Shown here in pieces: positions 25,657 to 35,332 of a stretch of 64,000 nucleotides of DNA (position 1 is the first letter of the stretch; each line of letters opens with the position of its first letter). The notes beneath the pieces are model-generated. The model was given only the letters and a program-made list of their open reading frames with translations, was not told the origin of the DNA and ran no database searches. Source of the DNA: Vicinamibacterales bacterium (GTDB lineage Bacteria > Acidobacteriota > Vicinamibacteria > Vicinamibacterales > UBA2999); NCBI GenBank assembly GCA_035647075.1, contig DASROF010000168.1, positions 23,456 to 87,455 of the forward strand. Reading direction: 5' to 3'. The translations under genes and the position numbers were made by a program.

Positions 25657-28600
25657 CTACTTCGCGGTAACCGTTATCGTCACCGCAACCGTGTCCGAGA
25701 AATCGCTCAGACGCACGCTCGTATCCCCGTCCCACAAGCCGTCGTCCACCTTGTAATAGAACGTATCTGTCCCGGTGAAACCGTTCTTCGGCGTGTACGT
25801 GAACGATCCATTGGTTTCCAGAACCACATTCCCACTTGGCGGCTGTGCGACGAGTACAGCCCGCAGGATACTCTTGGGCGAATCGACGTCAGTGTCATTG
25901 CTGAGCACGCCTGTTAGGGCCGCAACCTTCAACTGCTTGTTTCTCTGCGTCGTGTAGTCTGGATCTGGATTCGCAGTTGGTGCGTTGTTCACGGCGGCGA
26001 TTGTCACTGACTTCGAATCGCCGCTGAGCGTCAAGTCAGTGAACTTCGCTTTCGTCTTATACGTGAACGTGATCGTCGGATTCAGTGTGCCGTCCGGAAG
26101 CTGCTCTGTGTCGACGTACTTGGCCGTCGAGGGCGTGCCAATGGGAGTCGTCGGATACGTAATCGCCGAGGCCAGCTTTCGATAGACCTGATACTCCGAT
26201 ACCTTCCCGAACGACGGCACCTGCCATGTCGATTGCCGCCCGTGATACTCCAGGCTGCCCGCCGTCGCGGCGGTGCACCCCGCAAAGCCGACGATGCACA
26301 CCTTGAGCGCATACGGCGACGCGGGGCCTGCGCCTCGCGCGGTCTCGACATCGAGTTCTTGCGCGTCGCCGAGGCCAAGCGCATCGCCGAGGCCCAACGC
26401 GTCACCGAGGCCGAGGGCGTCACCAAGTCCGAGGGCATCACCTAAACCAAGAGCGTCGCCAAGCCCGAGTGCGTCGCCCAGCCCGAGTGCATCGCCGAGG
26501 CCAAGGGCGTCACCGAGGCCCAATGCGTCACCAAGGCCCAGGGCATTGCCGAACACCTTTACTGTGACGCCAGCGCCGATCTGGTTCAGGCGCAGACTCT
26601 CCCAGTCGTTGAACCCCTTGAACGTCTCGCTCGTCTTCGCGTCGAAGTTCGAGTCCTGCGAAGCGGAGGCGCTGCCATAAGCAAGGTTACCGTTCCAATC
26701 CACAAAATCCGTATTGAGATCCGTGTAGACACGTGCCACCCCAGTCGGAAGCGTGGCCTTCACGCCCGTGCAGTAGCGGGTGGCCTGGGGAACTCCCAGC
26801 TTCCCCACGATCGCGCTACCGAACGGGGCAAACCACACCGGTCGATAGTTTGACAGCGACGACAGATAGAGGTCGCTCGGCGTCTCGGTGATGTCGGCGT
26901 CCTTCGTGCCCGAGTAGTCCAGATTCAGTTCATCGGCATTGTTGAGCAGCCCGTGTACCTGGAACGCGTAGCTCATCGAGCTGCGGTAATTCGGTTTACA
27001 GTTTGGCTCGACGATCGTCGCGGTCGGCGTCGTCAGCGTCTTGTTGCCCCAGACGACCGGTACGCCTCCGTGTGTCAGGTCCACGTTGTGCCCGAGCTCG
27101 TGGAAGGTCGTCGATGCGCGCACGAACGGCCGGCCAACAAATCCATCCCACGCCCCAAGTGTCACCAGGACGTTGCCGCCAGGGAGGTCAGCGATTCCAC
27201 CGGCGCTCGAGGGTATGTGAAAATCGGGATTATTGGTCGTGCAGCTCGTGCCATTGACGTCGTAGTTCGCGGGCTGTCCGCTCACAAGGCAGGGAAAGAG
27301 AGACTTCGGCCGGCCGCGCGAGTGCGCGTACAACACGTAGTGAAACAGGCCCGCGCGCTTGTGATCGAAACGCACCCGGTGCGTGCCGTTATCCCAATTG
27401 AAGGCGCCCATGGCCGGGTTTATCAGTTCCTGATAAGTCAGTTCCCCGCCGTCGTCCTTCACTGGGAAGTCACGATAGACCTGGAAACCAAGCTTCCAAC
27501 TGACCGTCCCCGCGTAATTCGGGAACTGGCACGAGGCCTGCGCGCTGGTGCACCAGACTTCCTTGATGATCTCTCCGCCGCGCGCCAGAGTCGACGGGAC
27601 GAGGTAACCGTCAGCCTCCGTGGACCTGTAGTTGTCAATCCAATCCCAATCGGGACGCTCCACGTCACATACGAGTTCGGTCTCCACGCCCGCGCCGCAA
27701 ATCACGCCGAGGTCGTGATAATCATGGATATTGCCGACATCGAAATGCGCGTAAATGCCGTGTGCGGCAAACTTATCGCCGATCGCTTTCAGCATTGCCG
27801 GCGTCGGCATGTGCGTGTGGCCCAGCGAATCCGTGACCGCCCCGTACGGCGTGTTGGGCTCGGCCTTCATCGCATTGAATTCGATGAACAGGTCGCGCTG
27901 GCTGGAATTCGCAAGCATCTGATTGAGATTCGGCAGTGGCGTGCCATCCGGGTCCTTCAGACCGCTAGACGCGTCTTCGATGCCGTCGGGAATGCCGTCC
28001 CCGGGGGGGCCGCCGTCAATATTCGGATCGACATCGGCCACCGCCGTGCTGAAGATGATTCCTTCCGCGGTGAGGCAATCAAATCCACCGCCACCTGAGT
28101 GATCGATCGTCGTCGTGGCGGTTTCACCGAAACCTTCGACAGTGTTGTTATCCGGCGTCATGTAGTCGGTGACGTTGTAAGTCAGTGCCGCCCAGGTGCG
28201 CTCCGACGACGTGCCGGTGCCCTGTACCGGATTCGCAGGTGAGATCTGTGTGTTCGTCCCGTCATTGAAAAACACGCGCTCGTTGCTGTTTGGCTGCCCA
28301 GCCCCGAGCAGGTATGTGATCTTGGCGGACTTGTCGGCCGCGACGCTCGACGACCGGTAGAAGCCGCGCACTCTCTGAGTAATCGTATCGGTCAACGAAT
28401 CCTGGATGTGAATCCCGTCGTAAAAGACGATCTTCCGCAGCGGCTGCGATGAATCGCGATACACGATGACGAGCGTGGCGCCGGCTGATTCGGGAAGCTG
28501 ATTGCCGCTCCGTGTCGGCAGTTTGACCTCATGGGAACCATTGACGAGACGTTTGGGCGTCGGGTGATCGTCCTTGTCCAAGCGCACCGGCAGCAGACGC

Positions 28601-29073
28601 AGCACGTCGGCGCTGTACCGCCACATCGTCACCGGGGTTCCTGACGTCCAGCACGTGGCGACGTTGCCAACCAGATCTTGGCTATCCTTCCTCACTGAGA
28701 CGCCGTCGTTCAGATTGAGTTCGGTGCCGCGGAAGAACGCACGCGCCATGGACGGGTCCGCCGTGGTTGTGACCGTTTCCCAGATCAGTGTTGCCGAGAC
28801 GATCTCCGCCTCCGTAGGTACGCCGCTGATGGCAATGCTGCCGGTCGACAACCCTTCGCTGTTCGGCGGATTCAATGCTTCGGTAAAGTCGACGGAACCG
28901 ACCACATAATTGCCGGTCACGAGAAAACCACCGCCGTAATGCAGCGGGTCGACCGACGCGGCGTGGCTGCCGGTCTGCGCGAAAAGTAAGAGCAGGACGC
29001 TCACAAGCGCGAACCTCGATGCCAACCCGATCGAGGGGAATCGGAGAAGGGTCTGACCAGTACGTGATGCCAT
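25657..29073 (-). CDS. Large secreted multidomain protein with a metzincin-like zinc metalloprotease core, hexapeptide repeat array and C-terminal Ig/cadherin-like domains
   Basis: 1138 aa. A signal peptide is present. A TSP3-like acidic Ca-binding stretch reads 'DGGPPGDGIPDGIEDA..DPDG'. The zinc site 'HELGHNVDLTH' is at 27070-27102, with a Met-turn-like 'SSMSY'. There is a (GDALGL)n array. The C-terminal 'VLSNDTDVD...GSFTYTPKNGFTGTDTFYYKV' is typical of bacterial cadherin/Ig-like repeats. Confidence 0.75.
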   Translation of the reverse strand: MASRTGQTLLRFPSIGLASRFALVSVLLLLFAQTGSHAASVDPLHYGGGFLVTGNYVVGSVDFTEALNPPNSEGLSTGSIAISGVPTEAEIVSATLIWETVTTTADPSMARAFFRGTELNLNDGVSVRKDSQDLVGNVATCWTSGTPVTMWRYSADVLRLLPVRLDKDDHPTPKRLVNGSHEVKLPTRSGNQLPESAGATLVIVYRDSSQPLRKIVFYDGIHIQDSLTDTITQRVRGFYRSSSVAADKSAKITYLLGAGQPNSNERVFFNDGTNTQISPANPVQGTGTSSERTWAALTYNVTDYMTPDNNTVEGFGETATTTIDHSGGGGFDCLTAEGIIFSTAVADVDPNIDGGPPGDGIPDGIEDASSGLKDPDGTPLPNLNQMLANSSQRDLFIEFNAMKAEPNTPYGAVTDSLGHTHMPTPAMLKAIGDKFAAHGIYAHFDVGNIHDYHDLGVICGAGVETELVCDVERPDWDWIDNYRSTEADGYLVPSTLARGGEIIKEVWCTSAQASCQFPNYAGTVSWKLGFQVYRDFPVKDDGGELTYQELINPAMGAFNWDNGTHRVRFDHKRAGLFHYVLYAHSRGRPKSLFPCLVSGQPANYDVNGTSCTTNNPDFHIPSSAGGIADLPGGNVLVTLGAWDGFVGRPFVRASTTFHELGHNVDLTHGGVPVVWGNKTLTTPTATIVEPNCKPNYRSSMSYAFQVHGLLNNADELNLDYSGTKDADITETPSDLYLSSLSNYRPVWFAPFGSAIVGKLGVPQATRYCTGVKATLPTGVARVYTDLNTDFVDWNGNLAYGSASASQDSNFDAKTSETFKGFNDWESLRLNQIGAGVTVKVFGNALGLGDALGLGDALGLGDALGLGDALGLGDALGLGDALGLGDALGLGDALGLGDALGLGDAQELDVETARGAGPASPYALKVCIVGFAGCTAATAGSLEYHGRQSTWQVPSFGKVSEYQVYRKLASAITYPTTPIGTPSTAKYVDTEQLPDGTLNPTITFTYKTKAKFTDLTLSGDSKSVTIAAVNNAPTANPDPDYTTQRNKQLKVAALTGVLSNDTDVDSPKSILRAVLVAQPPSGNVVLETNGSFTYTPKNGFTGTDTFYYKVDDGLWDGDTSVRLSDFSDTVAVTITVTAK
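26353..26550 (-). repeat. 18-bp coding tandem repeat array: GNALGL, 9 x GDALGL, GDAQEL
   Basis: Eleven consecutive in-frame 18-nt units. The nine core units are identical in protein, yet every DNA unit differs at synonymous positions. Five Leu codons (including TTA), four Ala codons and four Gly codons are used. Confidence 0.95.
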
Positions 29074-29338
29074 GAATGTCCTCGGTCCGAAGCGCGGCCC
29101 GATACGGCGCGTGAAAGAGATTTAGATTGAAACTGAAGAAGCCGCTTGAAGTTTATGCCGGCCCGGGCCTGGATGCATCGTCTATTCGTGCTACGAGAAA
29201 GGACTGAAAGATGTCGACAATGACAATACGGCCATACCCAGCGCCAACGGTCTCCGAAGTCGCGCGTTCGGCAGACGTTGGTCGCCGGCAGAGGCGACGT
29301 GTAGCGGGAACCCCGGGTGGCGTGGAACGTGAGCGCGG

Positions 29339-30091
29339 TCAGAACGCGAGCGCGCCCTTGTACATCATCTCTTTTAGCTTGAACACCTTCTTGACCTTGT
29401 AACCGGCGATGACCATCGAGAGCTCGACGTCACCATCGGAAGCGGAAACCCCTTCGACCTTGGGATATTCGAGGACCATCGTTGCGGTGGTTCCATCGTC
29501 CTTGAATCCTCCTCCGCCAAAGCCGCCCCCACCGAATCCACCGCCGCGTTGCGCAACCGGAACGATTGGAACACCTGCCGACGCCTGCGGGCGCGGTTCC
29601 GGACCGCGTGCGGGTGGAGGCGGGACTTCCTTGCCGTCCTTGTCCAGGAGCTGCACGGCGCCGTTGACGGCCATCAGGTCTTGCCCTTTGACCCTCAGCA
29701 TCGACCCCTGAGCGCTCTTGGTGAGCTGCATACGGTAGAACTGCGGGATTTTGGAAATCGCGAACGCATAGCGCGGATAAGGCGCCGCGAGGTTCGCCTC
29801 CAGGTCCGGCGACGCGGGGACACCGGCAGCAAGCTGCTGGCGTGCGACCGCCCGGCGGATTGGCTCGGCGCTTCGAACGCTGACGATCAGCTTCAAATCT
29901 ATCGGACCGAGGTTCGCGCCCTCCCGTTCATGCGTGATCGTCGCCTTGCCTGCCCACGGCGACTCGGTCAGCAGCTTTTCCACGTCCTTGTCGGACCACT
30001 CGGTGTACGGCTTGGTCTCCCAGACGGCTGCGGCCGACGCGACAGCCGCGATGAGCGACCAGGTGATGAGGAGCACTTTGAAAGTCTTCAT
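29339..30091 (-). CDS. Secreted hypothetical protein with glycine-rich GGGF repeats
   Basis: Start set at ATG 30091, giving signal peptide 'MKTFKVLLITWSLIAAVASAAA'. It contains 'KPYTEWSDKDVEKLLTESPWAGKA' and 'RGGGFGGGGFGGGGF'. It lies 20 nt downstream of ilvD on the same strand. I did not recognise a family. Confidence 0.5.
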   Translation of the reverse strand: MKTFKVLLITWSLIAAVASAAAVWETKPYTEWSDKDVEKLLTESPWAGKATITHEREGANLGPIDLKLIVSVRSAEPIRRAVARQQLAAGVPASPDLEANLAAPYPRYAFAISKIPQFYRMQLTKSAQGSMLRVKGQDLMAVNGAVQLLDKDGKEVPPPPARGPEPRPQASAGVPIVPVAQRGGGFGGGGFGGGGFKDDGTTATMVLEYPKVEGVSASDGDVELSMVIAGYKVKKVFKLKEMMYKGALAF

Positions 30092-30110
30092 GATGTCGTT
30101 CACCACTGCG

Positions 30111-31778
30111 TCAATCCGTGACGCATCCCTCCGATGCCGATTTCACCAGTCGCACGTATTTGCCCAGGACACCGTTCGCCGCCTTGCGCGGAGGTTCATT
30201 CCATGCCTGACGCCGTGCCGAGAGCTCGGCATCAGAAACCTCGACGCGCAGTTCGCAGGCGATCGAGTCGATGACGATCCGGTCACCGTCGCGAACCAGC
30301 GCGATCGGGCCGCCGTCCTGAGCTTCCGGGGTGATGTGTCCAATAATAAACCCGTGGGAGCCGCCGGAGAACCGTCCGTCGGTCAGCAGTGCCACATCGG
30401 CGCCGAGACCCGCGCCCATGATCGCTGAGGTGGGCGTCAGCATCTCCGGCATGCCCGGACCACCTTTCGGCCCTTCGTACCGGATCACGATCACCTGGCC
30501 TTTCGCGATCTCGCCACGCTCGAGGCCTGCGAGCATCGACTCCTCGGAATCGAATACCTTCGCGGTACCCTCGAACCGCTCGCCCTCCTTGCCGGTGATC
30601 TTCGCCACAGCGCCATCCGGTGCGAGGTTGCCGAAGAGGATTCGGATGTGACCGCGCGGGAGGACCGGCGCTTCGATTGGCTGGATGATCTGCTGACCGC
30701 TCGTCAGCGGAGCGGCGTCGGACAGATTGTCCGCGAGCGTCTTGCCGGTCACGGTGAGACAGTCGCCGTGCAGGAATCCGCGCTCAAGGAGGTATTTCAT
30801 CACCGCCGGCGTGCCGCCCACCGCATGGAGATCCTCCTGCACAAACTTGCCGCTCGGCTTCAGATCCGCCAGCAGCGGCACACGGTCGCTGGCATGCTGG
30901 AAATCCTGAAGCGCGAGCGGAATTTCCGCGGCCCTGGCGATCGCGAGCAGGTGCAGAACGGCGTTCGTCGAGCCGCCGACCGCCATGATCATCGTCAACG
31001 CGTTCTCGAACGACTGGCGGGTCAGGATGTCGCGCGGCTTCAGATCCCGTTCGAGCAGGACGCGGACCGCCGCTCCGGCACGGCGACACTCGTCCGCCTT
31101 GCCCGCGTCCTCGGCGGGAAGCGATGAGCTATATGGAAGGGACAGACCAAGCGCTTCGATTGCAACCGCCATCGTGTTCGCGGTGTACATGCCGCCACAC
31201 GCGCCGGCCCCGGGACACGAATGTCGGACGATCTCGAGACGCTGTTCGTCCGTGATGGTGCCGGCGAGATATTCCCCATAGGACTGGAACGCCGAGATGA
31301 TGTCGCGGGGTTTCCCGAGCGCCGATCCGGCGCGAATCGTTCCGCCGTACACCATGAGCGACGGACGATTGAGTCGGGCCATCGCGATGACGCTGCCCGG
31401 CATGTTCTTGTCGCAGCCGGGAACAGTGATTAACGCGTCGTACCACTGCGCCCCCATGACCGTTTCGATGGAGTCGGCAATCAGATCACGCGACGGCAGT
31501 GAATAGCTCATGCCGTCGGTTCCCATCGACAGCCCGTCGCTGACTCCGATGGTGTTGAAGCGCAGCCCGACGAGTCCGGACGCCTGGACGCCCTCTTTGA
31601 CGTGGGCTGCCAGGCGATCGAGGTGCATGTTGCACGTGTTGCCCTCGTACCACATGCTGCAGATGCCGACCTGCGGCTTCTGCAGGTCGGCGTCGGTCAG
31701 GCCGATGCCGTAGAGCATCGCCTGTGACGCGCCCTGACTCCGGGGCTGCGTGACGCGGGAGGAGTATTTGTTGAGCAC
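30111..31778 (-). CDS. ilvD: Dihydroxy-acid dehydratase
   Basis: Contains '[26 protein letters not shown]', 'PGCDKNMPG' and '[16 protein letters not shown]'. Start reassigned to GTG 31778, which overlaps the ilvC stop. The tracked ORF extends spuriously into ilvC. Confidence 0.95.
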   Translation of the reverse strand: MLNKYSSRVTQPRSQGASQAMLYGIGLTDADLQKPQVGICSMWYEGNTCNMHLDRLAAHVKEGVQASGLVGLRFNTIGVSDGLSMGTDGMSYSLPSRDLIADSIETVMGAQWYDALITVPGCDKNMPGSVIAMARLNRPSLMVYGGTIRAGSALGKPRDIISAFQSYGEYLAGTITDEQRLEIVRHSCPGAGACGGMYTANTMAVAIEALGLSLPYSSSLPAEDAGKADECRRAGAAVRVLLERDLKPRDILTRQSFENALTMIMAVGGSTNAVLHLLAIARAAEIPLALQDFQHASDRVPLLADLKPSGKFVQEDLHAVGGTPAVMKYLLERGFLHGDCLTVTGKTLADNLSDAAPLTSGQQIIQPIEAPVLPRGHIRILFGNLAPDGAVAKITGKEGERFEGTAKVFDSEESMLAGLERGEIAKGQVIVIRYEGPKGGPGMPEMLTPTSAIMGAGLGADVALLTDGRFSGGSHGFIIGHITPEAQDGGPIALVRDGDRIVIDSIACELRVEVSDAELSARRQAWNEPPRKAANGVLGKYVRLVKSASEGCVTD

Positions 31779-32797
31779 TACACGATTGCCGGCTGCGGCA
31801 GCTGCACGGGATCGAGGAACGGCATCATGTTGCGCAGCTTCGCGCCAACGACTTCGATCGGATGGTTCCGATCGGCCTCGCGCAGCTTCTTGAAGTTCGG
31901 CTGCCCTGCCTCGTTCTCCGCGATCCATTTCTTCGCGAATTCGCCTGACTGGATTTCCTTGAGCAACTGCTTCATCGTCGCCTTGGTCTCAGCAGTGACG
32001 ATCCGCGATCCCGCCATGTAGTCGCCGTATTCCGCAGTGTCGCTGATCGAGTAGCGCATGTACTGCAGTCCGCCGCGATACATCAGATCGACAATGAGTT
32101 TCAGCTCGTGCAGGCATTCGAAGTACGCGATCTCCGGCTGATACCCCGCCTCGATAAGGGTTTCGAAGGCCGCCTTGACGAGCGCGCTGGTGCCGCCGCA
32201 CAGGACGGCCTGCTCGCCGAACAGATCGGTTTCAGTCTCCTCGGCGAAGGTGGTCTCGATGACGCCGGCCCGGGTGCAGCCGATGCCGCGGGCATACGAC
32301 AGCGCAGTGGCACGTCCTTTTCCGCTCACGTCCTGATAGACCGCAAGCAGCCCCGGCGTGCCGGCACCTTCCTTGAACACCTCACGGACGCGATGGCCTG
32401 GCGCTTTGGGGGCCACCATTGTCACATCGACGTCCTTCGGCGGAACGATCCAGTTGAAGCGAATCGCAAAGCCGTGCGCGAACATCAGCATTTTCCCCGC
32501 GCTCAGGTGTTGCTCGATGTCCGACTTGTAGACACGCGCCTGGTGCTGATCGGGAATGAGCACCATGATGACGTCGGCCCACTTCGACGCGTCCGCGACG
32601 GAGAGCACCTTCAGGCCGGCGCTCTTCGCTTTCTCTGCCGACTTGCTGCCGCTCTGCAGGCCGACGACAACGTCGACGCCGCTGTCCTGAAGGTTCAGCG
32701 CATGGGCATGCCCCTGGGAGCCGTAGCCAATGACGGCTACCTTACGCTGCCGAATCAGCTCGAGGTCGGCGTCGCGGTCGTAAAACATCGTTGCCAT
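31778..32797 (-). CDS. ilvC: Ketol-acid reductoisomerase
   Basis: Contains '[21 protein letters not shown]' and 'AHGFAIRF...[11 protein letters not shown]'. 339 aa, class I KARI. Confidence 0.97.
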   Translation of the reverse strand: MATMFYDRDADLELIRQRKVAVIGYGSQGHAHALNLQDSGVDVVVGLQSGSKSAEKAKSAGLKVLSVADASKWADVIMVLIPDQHQARVYKSDIEQHLSAGKMLMFAHGFAIRFNWIVPPKDVDVTMVAPKAPGHRVREVFKEGAGTPGLLAVYQDVSGKGRATALSYARGIGCTRAGVIETTFAEETETDLFGEQAVLCGGTSALVKAAFETLIEAGYQPEIAYFECLHELKLIVDLMYRGGLQYMRYSISDTAEYGDYMAGSRIVTAETKATMKQLLKEIQSGEFAKKWIAENEAGQPNFKKLREADRNHPIEVVGAKLRNMMPFLDPVQLPQPAIV

Positions 32798-32820
32798 TAC
32801 TGTGTGCGCTCCTTTAGGGA

Positions 32821-32957
32821 AACGGAGGGGACGGAGGGGAACGGTTTAGAGGAGGCACGCAGAGAACGGAGACGAACGGAGTTCAATTCTGGAAAAAGAC
32901 CCCGCTGACCTTCGTTACCTCCGTTCCTCCTGTGAAGCCGTTATCTCCGTCTCCTCT
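32821..32957. repeat. Nested inverted repeat built from ACGGAG/CTCCGT short repeats (intercistronic, ilvN-ilvC)
   Basis: The outer arm 32825-32844 pairs with 32938-32957. The inner arm 32864-32876 pairs with 32911-32926. There are four forward ACGGAG copies and two reverse copies. It fills most of the 174-nt gap between ilvN and ilvC. Confidence 0.65.
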
Positions 32958-32971
32958 GGTATCTCACAAAA

Positions 32972-33475
32972 CTACGAATACTGCGCCGTGGATAACGCGG
33001 TGTCGCCGCGGCGCATCGCCACCTGGCCGGTCCGGACCATCTCGACGATGCCGAGTGGCTCGAGACGGGCGATGACGGCGTCGACGTGCGGCGGCTCGCC
33101 CGTGATCTCGAGCGTCATCGTCTGTTCGCCTGAGTCCACGATGTGGGCTCGCGTTTCGTCGACCACGCGCAGGATCTGACCACGGTCGTGCCCGCCGACG
33201 GCGACTTTGACGAGCGCCAGGTCCCGGGCGACAGCCGGCACGTCGCGTAAATCCTCGACCTCGAGCACGTTCACGAGCTTGTACAGGTAGGCCATGACGC
33301 GGTCGACGTTGACCTGATCGCTGTCCAGGGCGATCGTCATCCGCGAGACACCGGCGACATCAGTGCGGCCAACGGTCAGCGACTCGATGTTGAACGCGCG
33401 GCGGCGGAATACCAGCGCGACGCGGTTGAGGACGCCGGGCTTGTCTTCGACGAGAGCGACTAACGTATGAAGCAT
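32972..33475 (-). CDS. ilvN: Acetolactate synthase small (regulatory) subunit
   Basis: ACT domain 'MLHTLVALVEDKPGVLNRVALVFRRRAFNIESLTVG'. Start set at ATG 33475, because the 11 upstream codons are translated from the repeat hairpin. Confidence 0.9.
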   Translation of the reverse strand: MLHTLVALVEDKPGVLNRVALVFRRRAFNIESLTVGRTDVAGVSRMTIALDSDQVNVDRVMAYLYKLVNVLEVEDLRDVPAVARDLALVKVAVGGHDRGQILRVVDETRAHIVDSGEQTMTLEITGEPPHVDAVIARLEPLGIVEMVRTGQVAMRRGDTALSTAQYS

Positions 33476-33480
33476 GCAAA

Positions 33481-33547
33481 CTCCCAACTTCCAACACCCA
33501 AGTCCCAACTGCCCGCTTCTTGGGAGTCGGAAATTGGGGATTGGGAG
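33481..33547. repeat. Heptamer-repeat hairpin (4 x NNCCCAA, loop, 4 x TTGGGNN), intercistronic between ilvB and ilvN
   Basis: ctcccaa cttccaa cacccaa gtcccaa, then an 11-nt loop, then ttgggag tcggaaa ttgggga ttgggag. The outer heptamers pair 7/7 and the inner pair 6/7. Confidence 0.7.
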
Positions 33548-33552
33548 TTGAA

Positions 33553-35277
33553 CTACATCTGGTCGGCGGCCGTTTCCACCAGGACCGATTCTTTCGGCCG
33601 GCGGATCATCGCGTCGAGGTCATTGCCAGCGGGGACCATCGGGTACACGCTGTCTTCCTGCTCGACCCGGAAGTCGATCAGCACCGTTCCTTCAGCCGCG
33701 CGTGCCCGTGCGACGACGTCGGCAACCTCAGGACGCTTCTCCGCGCGGAGACCCACGAGGCCGTGCGCCTCGGCGAGCTTGACGAAGTCCGGGCTGCGCA
33801 GCGGCGTGGCGGCATAACGACGTTCGTAGAAGAACTCCTGCCACTGACGGACCATCCCGAGGTAGCCGTTATTGATGACGGCGACGTTGACCTTGACATT
33901 CTCCTGCGCCGCCGTTGACAGCTCGGCGGCCGTCATCTGAAAGCCGCCGTCACCGACGATGGCCCAGACCTCTGCGTCCGGTTTCGCGAGCTTCGCGCCG
34001 ATTGCCGCCGGCAGTCCGAAGCCCATCGTTCCGAGCCCGCCCGACGTAATCAGCGTCCGTGGCTCCTCGTGGTGGTAATACTGCGCTTCCCACATCTGGT
34101 GCTGCCCCACATCGGTGCAGACGATGGCCTTCCCGTCCGTCAGGCGCCAGATGTCGTTGATGACGTGAGCGGCATACAGATGCCCGTTATCCGGCAGCGT
34201 CTGAATGTCGCGGACGGCAGCATCGCCCTTCATCGACTCGATGTATTTGATCCACGGCGCGTGGTCCTTCGGCGCCACGGCGTCCATCAGGTCCTTCAGC
34301 GCGTCGCGAAGGTCGGCGACGATTGCCGCGTCGGCCTTCACGTTCTTGTTCATCTCCGACGGGTCAATGTCGATGTGAATCTTCTTCGCGTTGACGGCAT
34401 AGGTCTTCAGGTTGCCGGTGACGCGGTCGTCGAAACGCATCCCGAAGGCCAGCAGGAGATCCGCTTCCTGAATCGCGTGATTGACCCATGCTTCACCGTG
34501 CATGCCCATCATGCCGATGTTCAGCGGGTGACTCGCCGGAAACGAGCCGATACCGAGGAGCGTCAGCGCCACAGGTGCGTTGATCTGTTCGGCGAACTTC
34601 CGCACCTCCGCCATCGCGCCGCTCTGCAGGATGCCCTGCCCGGCGAGGATCACCGGCTTCTTGGCGTTCTTGATCAGATCGACGGCCTTGGCGAGGTCAC
34701 CTTTCGACACCGCCAGCTTCGGACGGTAGCCGCGCATCGTCACCGGCCGTGGATCCCACGCCCAGTCCATCTTCGACTGCTGCGCATCCTTGGTGATGTC
34801 CACGAGCACCGGCCCGGGCCGTCCCGACTTGGCGAGGAGGAAGGCCTCCTTCATCGCCGGCATGATGTCTTCAATGCGCGTCACGAGGTAACTGTGCTTC
34901 GTGATCGGCAGCGTGATCCCGGTGATGTCGGTCTCCTGAAAGGCGTCGTAGCCGATCAACTTGCTCGGCACCTGCCCTGTGATGCACACCATCGGGACTG
35001 AGTCCATCATGGCCGTGGCGATGCCTGTGACCAGATTTGTTGCGCCAGGCCCCGAAGTCGCAATCGCGACGCCGACACCGCCGCCGGCGCGCGCGTAACC
35101 ATCGGCCATGTGAGTCGCGCCCTGCTCATGGCGGACAAGGACGTGCCGAACCGGGTAATCCAGCATCGCGTCGTAGGCGGGCAGGATGGCTCCGCCCGGA
35201 TACCCGAAAACGGTGTTTACCCCTTCATGAACAAGGCATTCCCAAATGATCTGCGCGCCCGTACGTTGGCTTGGCAT
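33553..35277 (-). CDS. ilvB: Acetolactate synthase large (catalytic) subunit
   Basis: Contains 'GAQIIWECLVHEGVNTVFGYPGGAILP' and the TPP motif 'GDGGFQMTAAELSTA...NNGYLGMV'. ATG 35277 is preferred; an alternative GTG is at 35298. Confidence 0.95.
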   Translation of the reverse strand: MPSQRTGAQIIWECLVHEGVNTVFGYPGGAILPAYDAMLDYPVRHVLVRHEQGATHMADGYARAGGGVGVAIATSGPGATNLVTGIATAMMDSVPMVCITGQVPSKLIGYDAFQETDITGITLPITKHSYLVTRIEDIMPAMKEAFLLAKSGRPGPVLVDITKDAQQSKMDWAWDPRPVTMRGYRPKLAVSKGDLAKAVDLIKNAKKPVILAGQGILQSGAMAEVRKFAEQINAPVALTLLGIGSFPASHPLNIGMMGMHGEAWVNHAIQEADLLLAFGMRFDDRVTGNLKTYAVNAKKIHIDIDPSEMNKNVKADAAIVADLRDALKDLMDAVAPKDHAPWIKYIESMKGDAAVRDIQTLPDNGHLYAAHVINDIWRLTDGKAIVCTDVGQHQMWEAQYYHHEEPRTLITSGGLGTMGFGLPAAIGAKLAKPDAEVWAIVGDGGFQMTAAELSTAAQENVKVNVAVINNGYLGMVRQWQEFFYERRYAATPLRSPDFVKLAEAHGLVGLRAEKRPEVADVVARARAAEGTVLIDFRVEQEDSVYPMVPAGNDLDAMIRRPKESVLVETAADQM

Positions 35278-35332
35278 GTTGTCCAGTCTGCCCTGCACAG
35301 CTTGTATCAGTCAAATTGATAGTTGTTCAGAC

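Noticed and set aside
26353-26550. A regular 18-bp periodic array that might be mistaken for a CRISPR or other non-coding array
   Set aside because: There are no spacers, the units are contiguous, the period is a multiple of 3, and the array is in frame within a long ORF encoding GDALGL. It is a coding tandem repeat.
29074-29338. A 265-bp gap upstream of the large metzincin-like gene, examined for an sRNA, riboswitch or small ORF
   Set aside because: It contains only a weak 6-bp hairpin (29281-29298) and a 63-aa ORF with no coding signature. It is most simply the promoter and 5'-UTR region of the large gene.
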